Sequence record: MN794232.1
DNA: 64,000 nucleotides
Strand: one strand, 5' to 3'
The first letter of the stretch is position 1. Each line of letters begins with the position of its first letter. The notes below the pieces were generated by a model, which saw only the letters and a list, made by a program, of their open reading frames with translations, was not told the DNA's origin and made no database searches. The translations under genes were made by a program, and so were the position numbers. This document shows, one piece after another, positions 53,801 through 63,223 of the stretch.

Positions 53801-54063
53801 GTTTAGCAAATTACACCGAGAACGCTCTCCGCGAAGAACTGAAACGTCGCGAAGCTGAACGCGAACTACTTGGTAGCATTCAAGTAGTGATCGACAAGAC
53901 ACCAGTTCAAGAAGTTGAATCACGACTAGTCAATTTGGCTAAATCGTATCTTGAAGATGAATTGCAAGATCGAGAAATCGACACGCAATATGCATATGAA
54001 GAGATTATGATGCTCGTATACGGTAAAGACGTGTTTGATAAACTGAATCGTCTTCGTCGCTAA
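53797..54063 (+). CDS. Hypothetical protein
   Basis: 88 aa. Confidence 0.72.
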   Translation: MSLANYTENALREELKRREAERELLGSIQVVIDKTPVQEVESRLVNLAKSYLEDELQDREIDTQYAYEEIMMLVYGKDVFDKLNRLRR

Positions 54064-54087
54064 CAATTACTTTGAGAGAAATATATC

Positions 54088-54753
54088 ATGTTTGATTTAC
54101 TGTTTAACATTAACCACACTGTGTTTTCAATTGGTGATTATGCAGTGTCTGGTCTAGAACTCTGGGCAACTCTTACTGGTTTGATTTGTGTCATCATGGC
54201 ACGAATGAATATGAAGCACAACTTCACAGTCGGCATTGTGAACTGTATCGGATTCGCAATTCTGTTCTTCCAGATTCAGTTGTATAGTGACGTGCTCTTG
54301 CAAGGATTCTTCATTGCAATGTCGATCTTCGGCTTCTATCAATGGAACAAACAAGGTACAGATGAAGTCAAAATCCGTTACTTGAAGATGCGTAAATTCG
54401 CAGGTTCGATTGTAGCGACGTTGATTGGTACTGCGGCACTCGCGTACTTCATCGACCCGATTATGAACTTCAGTGGTTCACTGCTTGTTACCGATTACGT
54501 ACACGCCCCTGCTGAACTCGCTGTGCAAGATGCATTCACGACTGTAGCAAGTATCATGGCATTTATGCTCATGATTCAGCGTAAAGTCGAAGCATGGTGG
54601 TACTGGGTTGCAGTAAACGTAGTGTGCATTGTTAACTACAGCACGCAAGGCGTAATTGTAGTTGCGGCTGAATACTGCATTTTCCTAGCAAACGCGCTTT
54701 ATGCAATCGTAATCTGGCATAAAGAAGGCATGAAAAACGAGGCACAAGCATGA
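54088..54753 (+). CDS. pnuC: Nicotinamide riboside transporter
   Basis: Multi-TM; LE.WAT..G, DAFTT..S, RKVEAW.YW...N. Confidence 0.92.
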   Translation: MFDLLFNINHTVFSIGDYAVSGLELWATLTGLICVIMARMNMKHNFTVGIVNCIGFAILFFQIQLYSDVLLQGFFIAMSIFGFYQWNKQGTDEVKIRYLKMRKFAGSIVATLIGTAALAYFIDPIMNFSGSLLVTDYVHAPAELAVQDAFTTVASIMAFMLMIQRKVEAWWYWVAVNVVCIVNYSTQGVIVVAAEYCIFLANALYAIVIWHKEGMKNEAQA

Positions 54754-54998
54754 GTACATGGGACGAAGTGAAAGACGCTGTAAACGGCGTCTTCAAAACA
54801 ACAGGCGAATTTACAAAACGTTTCCCAGACACTGACGTTGTAGCAGTTGTCTTTGATAACGCACTACCGCAAGCACTAGACAAAGCGTTGCAGCTTGCAT
54901 TCATTCACAATCTCGACCGTAACAGCGTTGATTGTCAAGTCATGCTAAACGGCTACGAGCAACTAAAAACAAAAGGTTGGATTGGCGATGGTTGTTAA
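54750..54998 (+). CDS. Hypothetical protein
   Basis: 82 aa. Confidence 0.7.
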   Translation: MSTWDEVKDAVNGVFKTTGEFTKRFPDTDVVAVVFDNALPQALDKALQLAFIHNLDRNSVDCQVMLNGYEQLKTKGWIGDGC

Positions 54999-55275
54999 AG
55001 GGTTACCTGTTTATCTAGTCGGCGCACCGGTCATCATGATCGATGCGCAAACTAAAGCTCCACTAAATGGCACGGAAGGCGATGTCGAAAAGCAAGTATT
55101 GGAAATGCGAAGCTTCTTGAGCAAGCCGAACTGGTGGCTTGAGAAAGTACTTGAAGAACTCGCTGACGGTGCGATTCAAGAAGGCGCAACTGCCCTGTAC
55201 TTGTATGACGTTGATCATCACGCAGAAATCCCGGGTACTGGTATCATTTACAAGCTTCGCGGGGCGTGGGCATGA
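54988..55275 (+). CDS. Hypothetical protein
   Basis: Overlaps its neighbours in the operon. Confidence 0.65.
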   Translation: MVVKGLPVYLVGAPVIMIDAQTKAPLNGTEGDVEKQVLEMRSFLSKPNWWLEKVLEELADGAIQEGATALYLYDVDHHAEIPGTGIIYKLRGAWA

Positions 55276-55769
55276 CATATCGAAAGTTCAACTTACGTGA
55301 GAACTTCGAACACTGTACTGAAGAGCAAATGACCGATTTACATTTCGTCTTTGATAAAGTCGAACCTTATTGGCGAGATTGCAAAATGCTAACCGAAGAG
55401 CAACGTTTTCGTTTAGCTCAGTGTCATGCAATGGCGGTTGTTCGAACGTTGAAGAACGCGATTATCGACGGCAAGCGTAATCGTATTATGAATCGACTAC
55501 GACAAGAAGAAGCGGATCGACTATACAATGGCGATCAATCAAAGCTATACTTGTACTACCCGCACCACTTAGTTGATGAAGAGTATCCGTTTCGCGCTGA
55601 ATGGTGGGTAAGCTATTGCGAACAAGATATTGAAAACATCGAAATCGCGCTTCAGAAAAGTCGCTATAGTGAAGGTCGCTTTATGAGCCGTGACCGTTAT
55701 CACCTTGAAACGATGATGGAAGTTTTTGATGTAGTACGTGAAAAACTTGAAAGAAGATTCTTGATGTAG
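55272..55769 (+). CDS. Hypothetical protein
   Basis: 165 aa. Confidence 0.7.
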   Translation: MTYRKFNLRENFEHCTEEQMTDLHFVFDKVEPYWRDCKMLTEEQRFRLAQCHAMAVVRTLKNAIIDGKRNRIMNRLRQEEADRLYNGDQSKLYLYYPHHLVDEEYPFRAEWWVSYCEQDIENIEIALQKSRYSEGRFMSRDRYHLETMMEVFDVVREKLERRFLM

Positions 55770-55789
55770 CGATTTGATTCGTGTATACT
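55761..55789 (+). promoter_or_regulatory. Promoter overlapping an RBS-sequestering hairpin
   Basis: TTGATG-17 bp-TATACT; ATACTC (55785) can pair with GAGTAT (55801). Confidence 0.45.
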
Positions 55790-55809
55790 CTTAAAAAAAG
55801 GAGTATCAC

Positions 55810-56004
55810 ATGAACCAAGTACCAGATTTAATCTTCCATCTAATGAACGACAATGAAATCATCACAATGTGTTTCATTGTCGTTCTAACACTCGTGATAA
55901 TGCACGCGATTACGTTTAAGAATTGCGCTGTGTTATTCATTTCATCATTCATTCACGGCATCATGACGTTTGTTGCCTTGTTCTATACGCCTATGGGAGG
56001 CTAA
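55810..56004 (+). CDS. Small membrane protein
   Basis: AAGGAG RBS; two TM. Confidence 0.65.
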   Translation: MNQVPDLIFHLMNDNEIITMCFIVVLTLVIMHAITFKNCAVLFISSFIHGIMTFVALFYTPMGG

Positions 56005-56005
56005 T

Positions 56006-56275
56006 ATGAGCGCACCTAGTACTGCACATTTCTTCGCTGTTCATGAGAATGGTGAGCGAGAACATTTAGGTCATATTTTCTGCAACTGTGGTTGGTTCTT
56101 TCATGAAGAACACTTCTTGGCTGATATTGCAGACGACATCGAACGCAGTCAGATTCTAAACGGCACTATGAAGAAAGGGGTTGAATGGGATTATGTCGTT
56201 GCATACGGTATGGCATGGTCAAAAGAAACTGTCATGAGCCACTTACCAGAACTCGCACCCGTGAGAGGTGAGTAA
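56006..56275 (+). CDS. Hypothetical protein
   Basis: GGAGG RBS. Confidence 0.68.
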   Translation: MSAPSTAHFFAVHENGEREHLGHIFCNCGWFFHEEHFLADIADDIERSQILNGTMKKGVEWDYVVAYGMAWSKETVMSHLPELAPVRGE

Positions 56276-56493
56276 TGTTAGATGCATTGCATTTCACTAT
56301 CATCAAATCGCCATTGTTATTCACCATCATTGCGATTGTTCTAGGCGCGCTCATCATGGGAATTTGTGAATCGCTAGATGAGATTGTTTACAACGAAGAT
56401 GCTGGTATTGTCATCCCTATCTTATTGGCGTTCATGGTCGCATTCGGTTCTATCGTGTATTGCGGCATTTTCTATGAACCATCATACTTCTAA
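56275..56493 (+). CDS. Small membrane protein
   Basis: Two TM; TAATG coupling. Confidence 0.68.
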   Translation: MLDALHFTIIKSPLLFTIIAIVLGALIMGICESLDEIVYNEDAGIVIPILLAFMVAFGSIVYCGIFYEPSYF

Positions 56494-56514
56494 GACGCTT
56501 CGGCGTCTTTTTTT
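56492..56514 (+). terminator. Intrinsic terminator with UUCG loop
   Basis: AAGACGC-TTCG-GCGTCTT followed by a T-run. Confidence 0.85.
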
Positions 56515-56543
56515 GTATCTGAGAAAAATATTTGAAAAAGTGG

Positions 56544-56609
56544 TTGCATTGCATGTCGTTTATGCCTAATATAGCTTCATCGAAACGAGATACGAAAGAG
56601 AACATTATG
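56544..56609 (+). promoter_or_regulatory. Early promoter cassette
   Basis: TTGCAT-17 bp-TAATAT; ATCGAAACGAGATACGAAAGAGAACATTATG. Confidence 0.78.
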
Positions 56610-56969
56610 AAAACTCATCTACGCGACAATGCAGTAACAAGCACAACTCACATTGAACTTGAAATCACGACACCTGTTCTTGGTTGGTTCAACAATGAAT
56701 TCAATCAAGCTGACGGTTGGGTGATTGTTGCACTTGACGAGTTCGAAAAAACGTTTCTTGAGAATGCATCAATCGATCACTCTCGCGTGTATCGTGTAAT
56801 GAACGATGACCGCACCAGCTTGTGTCGCATCGACGTTGAAAAAGAGACATATGCGTTTCTGGACAACGCTGAACTAATGGAAACTGGCATGTACAAGTTC
56901 GAGCGTCCTGCGAAATACCGCTCACTGTACATTGACAGCAAGAATGAACTATTCAACCAAGGGAAATAA
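56607..56969 (+). CDS. Hypothetical early protein
   Basis: Cassette start codon. Confidence 0.75.
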   Translation: MKTHLRDNAVTSTTHIELEITTPVLGWFNNEFNQADGWVIVALDEFEKTFLENASIDHSRVYRVMNDDRTSLCRIDVEKETYAFLDNAELMETGMYKFERPAKYRSLYIDSKNELFNQGK

Positions 56970-56970
56970 C

Positions 56971-57201
56971 ATGTTAAAGTTAACTGTATTTGATATTGAA
57001 ACAATTGTACAGGTCGGTATGCCGATTCGAGTGCAGAATGTGCGCACCGAAGAAGTATTTACGACGCATGTCGGCTTGATTCGCGGTCACTTCGTTGCAG
57101 TGTATGACGATGACAGCATTTACATTTTCACTGACGGCACTCGCTTAGATGAAACTGAGCTATTTCGTCTAGCTGACAACGCAACCCTAACACACATTTA
57201 A
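56971..57201 (+). CDS. Hypothetical protein
   Basis: 76 aa. Confidence 0.68.
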   Translation: MLKLTVFDIETIVQVGMPIRVQNVRTEEVFTTHVGLIRGHFVAVYDDDSIYIFTDGTRLDETELFRLADNATLTHI

Positions 57202-57211
57202 GGAAAACATC

Positions 57212-57451
57212 ATGTTTGGTTTTGTAGAAGATATTTTTGACAGCGCAGTTAACACAGTAGACGACTTCATCAACGATCCGATTGGTCAGACTGTGCATCA
57301 TGCAACTTCACATATTCGCGACGCTGCCGAGATCATCGACGGTCTAACTGAAGGCGAAATCAGAGGCATGGCTATTGCACGACTAGGGGCAGATGTCGCG
57401 GCTGGCATGGCAATTTCTGAAATCATCGAAGTACTTGAGTTGGGAGAATAA
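57212..57451 (+). CDS. Hypothetical acidic protein
   Basis: 79 aa; AAGGA RBS. Confidence 0.72.
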   Translation: MFGFVEDIFDSAVNTVDDFINDPIGQTVHHATSHIRDAAEIIDGLTEGEIRGMAIARLGADVAAGMAISEIIEVLELGE

Positions 57452-57452
57452 T

Positions 57453-57722
57453 ATGAAACAAAGTATCTGGCTACCACATGTAACGTTAACTTACTTTCAT
57501 GCATTCTTATTATTAGTCAACTTGTGGACTGCTTCGGGAATCTACGAACATTCTGTACCAATGCTAATCGGTCTAATACCTGGCATGGCTATCGGTCTGA
57601 GCGTCATGCTTGTAGTGAATCTGTATGAAAAGAACTCAGAAACGTTTATCGCAGACGTTAAAAAGCCAATTCAACTACTGCTTACCAAGATTCGCGGTAA
57701 GATAGGTAAGAAAGATGTCTAA
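57453..57722 (+). CDS. Small membrane protein
   Basis: GGAG RBS; two TM. Confidence 0.65.
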   Translation: MKQSIWLPHVTLTYFHAFLLLVNLWTASGIYEHSVPMLIGLIPGMAIGLSVMLVVNLYEKNSETFIADVKKPIQLLLTKIRGKIGKKDV

Positions 57723-57885
57723 AGCAATCTTCACGCTATTTCGAATAGTATCAATCTACGGGGTTGGTGTGGTGACACCGACTCTATATGCAAGCAACCC
57801 GTTGACAGTTATCGCGCCAGCTATGGTAGTTATCGGATTTGGAATTTCACTAATCTCGGATGTAGTATCAAATGAAAAAAACTAA
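57715..57885 (+). CDS. Small membrane protein (56 aa)
   Basis: Two hydrophobic segments. Confidence 0.55.
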   Translation: MSKAIFTLFRIVSIYGVGVVTPTLYASNPLTVIAPAMVVIGFGISLISDVVSNEKN

Positions 57886-58609
57886 AATCACAGCACAAGT
57901 CGGTATGATGTCTCTTTGTGGTGTATCAGGTTCATTCCCATTCTCACACGGTAATTACTGTAGCAACACACAAGGCTATTACTTTGTCAATCTATGGGCA
58001 GAGAATCTTAAACATCTAGTAGCTAACGATTATTTGCCCGACGGGCAAATCGAAGTGCTACTGTTTAGAGATAATAAGCGCCAGAACTACGTTTATGCCT
58101 ACGTTATTGACGAGCGTGTGCCGAAAGAAGCACTCCATGCGCCATACTTCTGTGGTATTGCGACCTCAGTTGAGATCATGCGCTACCATCATCAAACGCC
58201 AGACGATAAATGTCTATGCTATTCTGAAGACCACAGATTGCTTAGTATGCGTTCGCAAGACATGAAAGGTCGTTCAGTACGTCATTGCCCTGAGTGTGAC
58301 ACTCGCTACACGATTCAGCTACCAAGGCGCAACGATGTCTTTCGTGTTCAGACGTTCTCCGAGGATGGTTGGCACAATTGGAATCTGTTCTATCACAAAG
58401 ACGGTGTTTTCTACACAATTCCCGAAAACGAGCCGGTAGCTGCCGAAGACATCATCAAGGTCGACGCGAAACCTGTCAGTAACTTCGGTACTGGCGAAGA
58501 ACAGCAAGCGGCAATATCGCTTGAAGAGTTCAACTTCAGCGGCGTTGTTGAGAAAGCTGTCCCGAAAATCGAGAATGGTCAGACTCGATATGAAGTTGTA
58601 CAAAAATAG
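57872..58609 (+). CDS. Hypothetical protein with Cys motifs
   Basis: 245 aa; CLC...CPEC. Confidence 0.72.
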   Translation: MKKTKITAQVGMMSLCGVSGSFPFSHGNYCSNTQGYYFVNLWAENLKHLVANDYLPDGQIEVLLFRDNKRQNYVYAYVIDERVPKEALHAPYFCGIATSVEIMRYHHQTPDDKCLCYSEDHRLLSMRSQDMKGRSVRHCPECDTRYTIQLPRRNDVFRVQTFSEDGWHNWNLFYHKDGVFYTIPENEPVAAEDIIKVDAKPVSNFGTGEEQQAAISLEEFNFSGVVEKAVPKIENGQTRYEVVQK

Positions 58610-58682
58610 TACAAAAATCGGCGTTCCTGCGGAGCTGAGTGTCTGGCGACACTGTATCAGCTCCTTGGGTATTGAGGTACTT

Positions 58683-59000
58683 ATGGTATTCACTGAAGAG
58701 CAGCTTGTTCAAATCGAGCACAACTACTCGCATATTGATACTGTCAATCTTGCAGATAGAAAGGGCGTGCCACAAGCGAAGTATGTCATAGAGATACGAC
58801 AAGGCACGTATACTAAATTCAAAACATCTTGGTTAAGTCAAGATTCATGCGAAGAACGAGATATTGACCCAGAGCTAGTCGGCTACTGGATTCTATCTCA
58901 CGAAATCGACCCTTATTGGTACTCAGTTCAAGAATGTTTGAAAGAGTATGAGTGGGAACGAGCACACGAAGTAACAGTCACAACATGGGAAGCAATTTAA
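58683..59000 (+). CDS. Hypothetical protein
   Basis: GAGG RBS; ATG at 58683. Confidence 0.68.
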   Translation: MVFTEEQLVQIEHNYSHIDTVNLADRKGVPQAKYVIEIRQGTYTKFKTSWLSQDSCEERDIDPELVGYWILSHEIDPYWYSVQECLKEYEWERAHEVTVTTWEAI

Positions 59001-59374
59001 TGAGCACAAATTCAAGCATTAGCATTACACAAGAAAACGGTCATGTTCGTTCAATCTACTGTCACTGGGATGGTGGTATGTGGACGGGTGGCGTAGCTGA
59101 AACCCTGATCGAGAACTATCGTACCGAAGCTGAAGTCAATGCACTGATCGACCAAGGTGGATGTAGCTCACTTGGCGGTACAATCGAAGATAGCGTTTTC
59201 TACGCACGTGACCGCAGCGAAGAACTTGAAATCTACATCGACAACATCCCAGAACAAGAATACAACTACATGTTCCGCGACGGAAAGTGGTTTGTATGTT
59301 GCCCTGAAACGAATTGGGAAGATGTCGTTCTAACAAATGAACTTCGTGTTGAACTTGAAAACTGTGAAGAGTAG
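59000..59374 (+). CDS. Conserved phage-type hypothetical protein
   Basis: MST.S.I...SIYCHWDG. Confidence 0.75.
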   Translation: MSTNSSISITQENGHVRSIYCHWDGGMWTGGVAETLIENYRTEAEVNALIDQGGCSSLGGTIEDSVFYARDRSEELEIYIDNIPEQEYNYMFRDGKWFVCCPETNWEDVVLTNELRVELENCEE

Positions 59375-59376
59375 TC

Positions 59377-59739
59377 ATGCCAGAATATAAACCCGCAGAA
59401 ACAATCAAAGACCCTTCAGGTCGAGAATATCAGATCGGCGCGTATTATAAAGTGCGCTGCACTGACAATGGGCCGTTCGGTTATGGTGAAACTAAAATCG
59501 TCCCAATGACTGAAAATTTTGATTTTGCATATCACGAAGTCGAAGAAGTCCACGGCGTGTTTGGTACAATTCGCAAGCCGCCACCGAAACTAATCGAAGG
59601 TAGAGCATATATGTTCTACATGTGCGATTCTAACGAGCGTAGCGTGGGTATATGGGGCGGAATCGACAAAGGCTTTATATGCGGTCCCGTTAATCTTAAA
59701 ATGTCTCAAATCGACGCACAGACGCTCTCAGAGGTATAG
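59377..59739 (+). CDS. Hypothetical protein
   Basis: 120 aa. Confidence 0.68.
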   Translation: MPEYKPAETIKDPSGREYQIGAYYKVRCTDNGPFGYGETKIVPMTENFDFAYHEVEEVHGVFGTIRKPPPKLIEGRAYMFYMCDSNERSVGIWGGIDKGFICGPVNLKMSQIDAQTLSEV

Positions 59740-59919
59740 ATGAAATGTGAAATCTGTGGACACCCCGACGGGTACAGTGACGGTGTTGGTATGATTCTGT
59801 GCAATGACTGCTACAGTGTAGCAAGAAAGCCATTAATCGGTTACACTGAAGACAATCAGCCAGTTATCGTGCCACCGTCACTTGTAGACAAAATCAAAAA
59901 ACTTTTCGAAAAGGGTTGA
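59740..59919 (+). CDS. Small zinc-finger-like protein (59 aa)
   Basis: CEIC...CNDC; GAGG RBS. Confidence 0.6.
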   Translation: MKCEICGHPDGYSDGVGMILCNDCYSVARKPLIGYTEDNQPVIVPPSLVDKIKKLFEKG

Positions 59920-59983
59920 CTACGGTCAGCCCTTTCTTGTATTATAGCTACATCGAAACGAAACACGAAAAGAGAACATTATG
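59910..59983 (+). promoter_or_regulatory. Early promoter stem-loop cassette
   Basis: 59910-59945 identical to 24099-24134; conserved leader. Confidence 0.8.
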
Positions 59984-60271
59984 ATTACACTATCTACTAA
60001 CAAAGAACAACTAGCTATCTTCTGCGTACTTGATTCAGCACTTAGTGCTCCAATCATGAACTTCGTTGAAACGAAGACAGTTCTAGACATGACTGTGTAT
60101 CATCTTGTATTATCTCGCGAAGATGTTCTTGCACTAGCAAAAGCAGTTGAAGCAAGTGACTTTGATCACGAAGATGAGTTCGGTCTTATCTTTAACGAAA
60201 CAATGTCAGAACTGCTTTTTGAAATCTACGAAGAAAACGACACAGAATCTGTTCACGGTATCGCACTATAA
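59981..60271 (+). CDS. Hypothetical acidic early protein
   Basis: 96 aa. Confidence 0.75.
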   Translation: MITLSTNKEQLAIFCVLDSALSAPIMNFVETKTVLDMTVYHLVLSREDVLALAKAVEASDFDHEDEFGLIFNETMSELLFEIYEENDTESVHGIAL

Positions 60272-60281
60272 GGAGCGCATT

Positions 60282-60734
60282 ATGATTTACCCATTATCAC
60301 CTGTACTTTGGTCTTTTCAAGATGTTGAACGCGAAACAGGTCTTCGCATTTGGGAAGAAATGATCCCTAACGTCGAAGGTACTGGCATTCGTCTGTTTGC
60401 TGCGAAGTACAATCAATTTGTTTTCGACGCCGTTCACCCTAAAGTACCGCTGTGCGATCACTTTAACGTACTGCCGCCTCTTGATGCAACAATCAACTTT
60501 CATAGCAATAGCTATACGATTGTTATCATCACTGAAGATTCATTCGATGTGCTCTTCTCAGAGCGTGCAAGCGAACGCACAATCGCAGACGTTGTACGTA
60601 TCATTAATGATGCCGCAGAGAGTTGGAACGAACATCGTCTTTGTACTCACGAGCAGCGTTATACAATCGAGTGGTGCAGTGCTATTCAAGACTACATCAT
60701 CAATACAGTCACGTTTGATCGCAAGTGGAGCTAA
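60282..60734 (+). CDS. Hypothetical protein
   Basis: AAGGAG RBS; ATG at 60282. Confidence 0.7.
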   Translation: MIYPLSPVLWSFQDVERETGLRIWEEMIPNVEGTGIRLFAAKYNQFVFDAVHPKVPLCDHFNVLPPLDATINFHSNSYTIVIITEDSFDVLFSERASERTIADVVRIINDAAESWNEHRLCTHEQRYTIEWCSAIQDYIINTVTFDRKWS

Positions 60735-60736
60735 TC

Positions 60737-61003
60737 ATGGAATACATGTCTTTCATTGCGTTTATTGGTTTTGTTGCATATGCAATATACATTCTAGTGA
60801 GAAAAGAACCTTGCAAGCACGACTGGATTACTATCAAAGACGAGACGACAAAATCTCGCGGTGAAATATACGGCGAAATGACGGGCAAAGTTCCGTCACC
60901 TCGTAACTCGTATCACATGGAAGAGCTTACAAAGCGCAAACGTATCATCATTTTAAGCTGCTGCAAGTGCGGTAAGCTAGACAAAACAGTGGAGCATATC
61001 TAA
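60737..61003 (+). CDS. Membrane-anchored Cys/His protein
   Basis: TM then CKHDW...CCKCGK. Confidence 0.65.
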   Translation: MEYMSFIAFIGFVAYAIYILVRKEPCKHDWITIKDETTKSRGEIYGEMTGKVPSPRNSYHMEELTKRKRIIILSCCKCGKLDKTVEHI

Positions 61004-61281
61004 TGCAGTATACACTTGATTTACTCAATGAAAAGCTTGAATCTCTCAAGTCAGAACAATTCGGTTGGGTTGTTGCATTACCTAAAAAACAAGGTGATGA
61101 CATTGCAACTGTTCAGAAAATCATTACTGACATTGCAGTTCAGATTACATCAATCGAGCACGATATTAAACTAATCGAAGCAGCACGCGGTCTAAATGCA
61201 AGAGTAGTTAAGCAAATCGTTGATGAGCATTACCGCGAACATTACAAACTTGACGAAAACGACAACTTCATCGGAGATTAA
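61003..61281 (+). CDS. Hypothetical coiled-coil protein
   Basis: 92 aa; TAATG coupling. Confidence 0.68.
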   Translation: MQYTLDLLNEKLESLKSEQFGWVVALPKKQGDDIATVQKIITDIAVQITSIEHDIKLIEAARGLNARVVKQIVDEHYREHYKLDENDNFIGD

Positions 61282-61282
61282 C

Positions 61283-62107
61283 ATGGAAATTGAAATCGAG
61301 CGCAAATGGCTAGTTACTGCTGAACAGTATCGTGAATTCGTAAACTGGATGCATTATCGCGATAACGGCGCCACTTCAATGAACATCTTTCAGCGTTATT
61401 TCAAGAAAGATGAGATCTCATTCGTCGATGGCTCGTTTTACATCAACAGTCGAGTGAAAGAAGGTCGCGGTTATTTGATTAAAGCACCGAAAGACTGTCC
61501 TGATCTAACTGGCGTGAATCTACGCAAGCTAGGTGCGCGTATGCGACTAACCACGTCTGAGATCTTCTTTGACAAGCTTGAATTCACAATCAAGATCCCA
61601 CACGGTGACGGCATTGCCAAGCGTGAAATCAACATCCCGCTTGAGTCTGGTTATGCAGACTTGATCACAGATTCGATTGAGAAAGATGACAAGCTAAATC
61701 GCAATACAACCGAAGTCGTCCCGACGGGATTGATTAAAAAGGTTCGTTGGTCGGGTGAAGTTGACGACGTACATTACGATGCTGACCGTTTCACGAATCG
61801 ACCTTTTTACATCATCGAAGCTGAATTCAAAGATGAAGCTGAAGCTGAAGCATTCGTTACACCGTTTGAGTTCATTCGCGAGGTGACGGAAGACAAGCGA
61901 TTCAGCAACAAGCGAATGGCATGGAATCACGATGCCGCAGACGGGTTGGCTAGTAATATACGCCTGTATATCGAGAAGCTTGAGAAAGAAGCGGATGCAT
62001 TGCGAAGTGACACGCTCGTATCAATGCGCGAAAGCGTAACGAACGAAATCATGGCAGAACGTTACGAGAAAATTGCTCGTGACTTAAAACACATTGTAGG
62101 TGCGTAA
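61283..62107 (+). CDS. CYTH-domain (triphosphate tunnel metalloenzyme) protein
   Basis: EIERKWL, RMR, TIK...KREINI, KKVR, IIEAEF, EVTED.RFSN. Confidence 0.85.
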   Translation: MEIEIERKWLVTAEQYREFVNWMHYRDNGATSMNIFQRYFKKDEISFVDGSFYINSRVKEGRGYLIKAPKDCPDLTGVNLRKLGARMRLTTSEIFFDKLEFTIKIPHGDGIAKREINIPLESGYADLITDSIEKDDKLNRNTTEVVPTGLIKKVRWSGEVDDVHYDADRFTNRPFYIIEAEFKDEAEAEAFVTPFEFIREVTEDKRFSNKRMAWNHDAADGLASNIRLYIEKLEKEADALRSDTLVSMRESVTNEIMAERYEKIARDLKHIVGA

Positions 62108-62589
62108 TGAAAGTAATTGCAATTCACATTAACAACTTAACAACCGGTATGATGTGCGGGTCGCCACTCGCACAAGGTTCTTTCAATCTAATCGTTGATC
62201 GTCTACCTAGCGAAGCAGTGTATGAACGACACGGGAGATTTCTGATCAGCAACACAGACGGTGTTTGGCGTCACTTTACAATCGGCGAACAAGGCGGATT
62301 TGCAGGTCGTACGTTCAAACTACGCATGAAGGGTGGTACTGTATTCAAGAACAAAGGTTATCATTATGAAGAATTCAAAGGTAATCTGTGGGATACTGCT
62401 GCGGGATTGCAAAAGTGTATGGAACTTGCTGGCGGTCCCTTGATGAGCGTTTCATTGCGTAGTTGTCGAGACAATGGCTGTTTCATTGGTGGATATTACT
62501 TCAGTCAAGAAGAAGTTCTTTTGAAGTTCAGTCACTTGATTCGTTTTGCACCATCGACTCAAAACAGCGCGATTACATTCGGTGAGTAA
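62107..62589 (+). CDS. Hypothetical protein
   Basis: 160 aa; TAATG coupling. Confidence 0.72.
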   Translation: MKVIAIHINNLTTGMMCGSPLAQGSFNLIVDRLPSEAVYERHGRFLISNTDGVWRHFTIGEQGGFAGRTFKLRMKGGTVFKNKGYHYEEFKGNLWDTAAGLQKCMELAGGPLMSVSLRSCRDNGCFIGGYYFSQEEVLLKFSHLIRFAPSTQNSAITFGE

Positions 62590-62590
62590 T

Positions 62591-63223
62591 ATGAAGATCA
62601 ACAAGTTTCAAGTAGACGGCAAGCCGTTCTTGATGATTGATGACTTTCTACCTAGTGAAGTTGTTGATGAAATCGAGAACACGTTAAAATCAATTAACGA
62701 TTGGGATCACGCCGACAACATCTTTGACTTCAATACGATTGTCAAAGACAAAACCGCGATACTGCAAGGTGACCAATATCGTTTGCGAACGGGTGTGTTA
62801 GCTGAACTCGCAGAATCGACGCTCGACCGAATTCTTGAAATACTCGAAATTGAATTCGGGTGCAAGTATGACAAGTCAGAACTTCGCAAAATAAACGAAT
62901 GGGAATATGCGTTTCGTTTTAATACATCGTATTATGAAAAAGTAAACGATGAAATGTTGTTTCATTATGACAGCAAAGGCGTAACATTCATGTATATGCC
63001 ATGTGAACAACACGACGACGGTACGTATTTCTTCGCTGACGGTGATCGTGACAAGCACGTATACACACTGAAACATAAGCGCGGGTCAGTTGCGATATTC
63101 AATGCAAGCGATATTATGCATTGTAGCGCAAAACCGTCGCCGCTTGATGACTACCGATACACTATGGTATGGCAGTTTGTGTTCCCGTCTCATCTTAAAC
63201 CAATTAGAGAAGTAATCGCATGA
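62591..63223 (+). CDS. 2OG-Fe(II) oxygenase, paralogue 1
   Basis: IDDFLP, HYD, GTYF, RGSVAIF...H, RYTMVWQF. Confidence 0.8.
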   Translation: MKINKFQVDGKPFLMIDDFLPSEVVDEIENTLKSINDWDHADNIFDFNTIVKDKTAILQGDQYRLRTGVLAELAESTLDRILEILEIEFGCKYDKSELRKINEWEYAFRFNTSYYEKVNDEMLFHYDSKGVTFMYMPCEQHDDGTYFFADGDRDKHVYTLKHKRGSVAIFNASDIMHCSAKPSPLDDYRYTMVWQFVFPSHLKPIREVIA

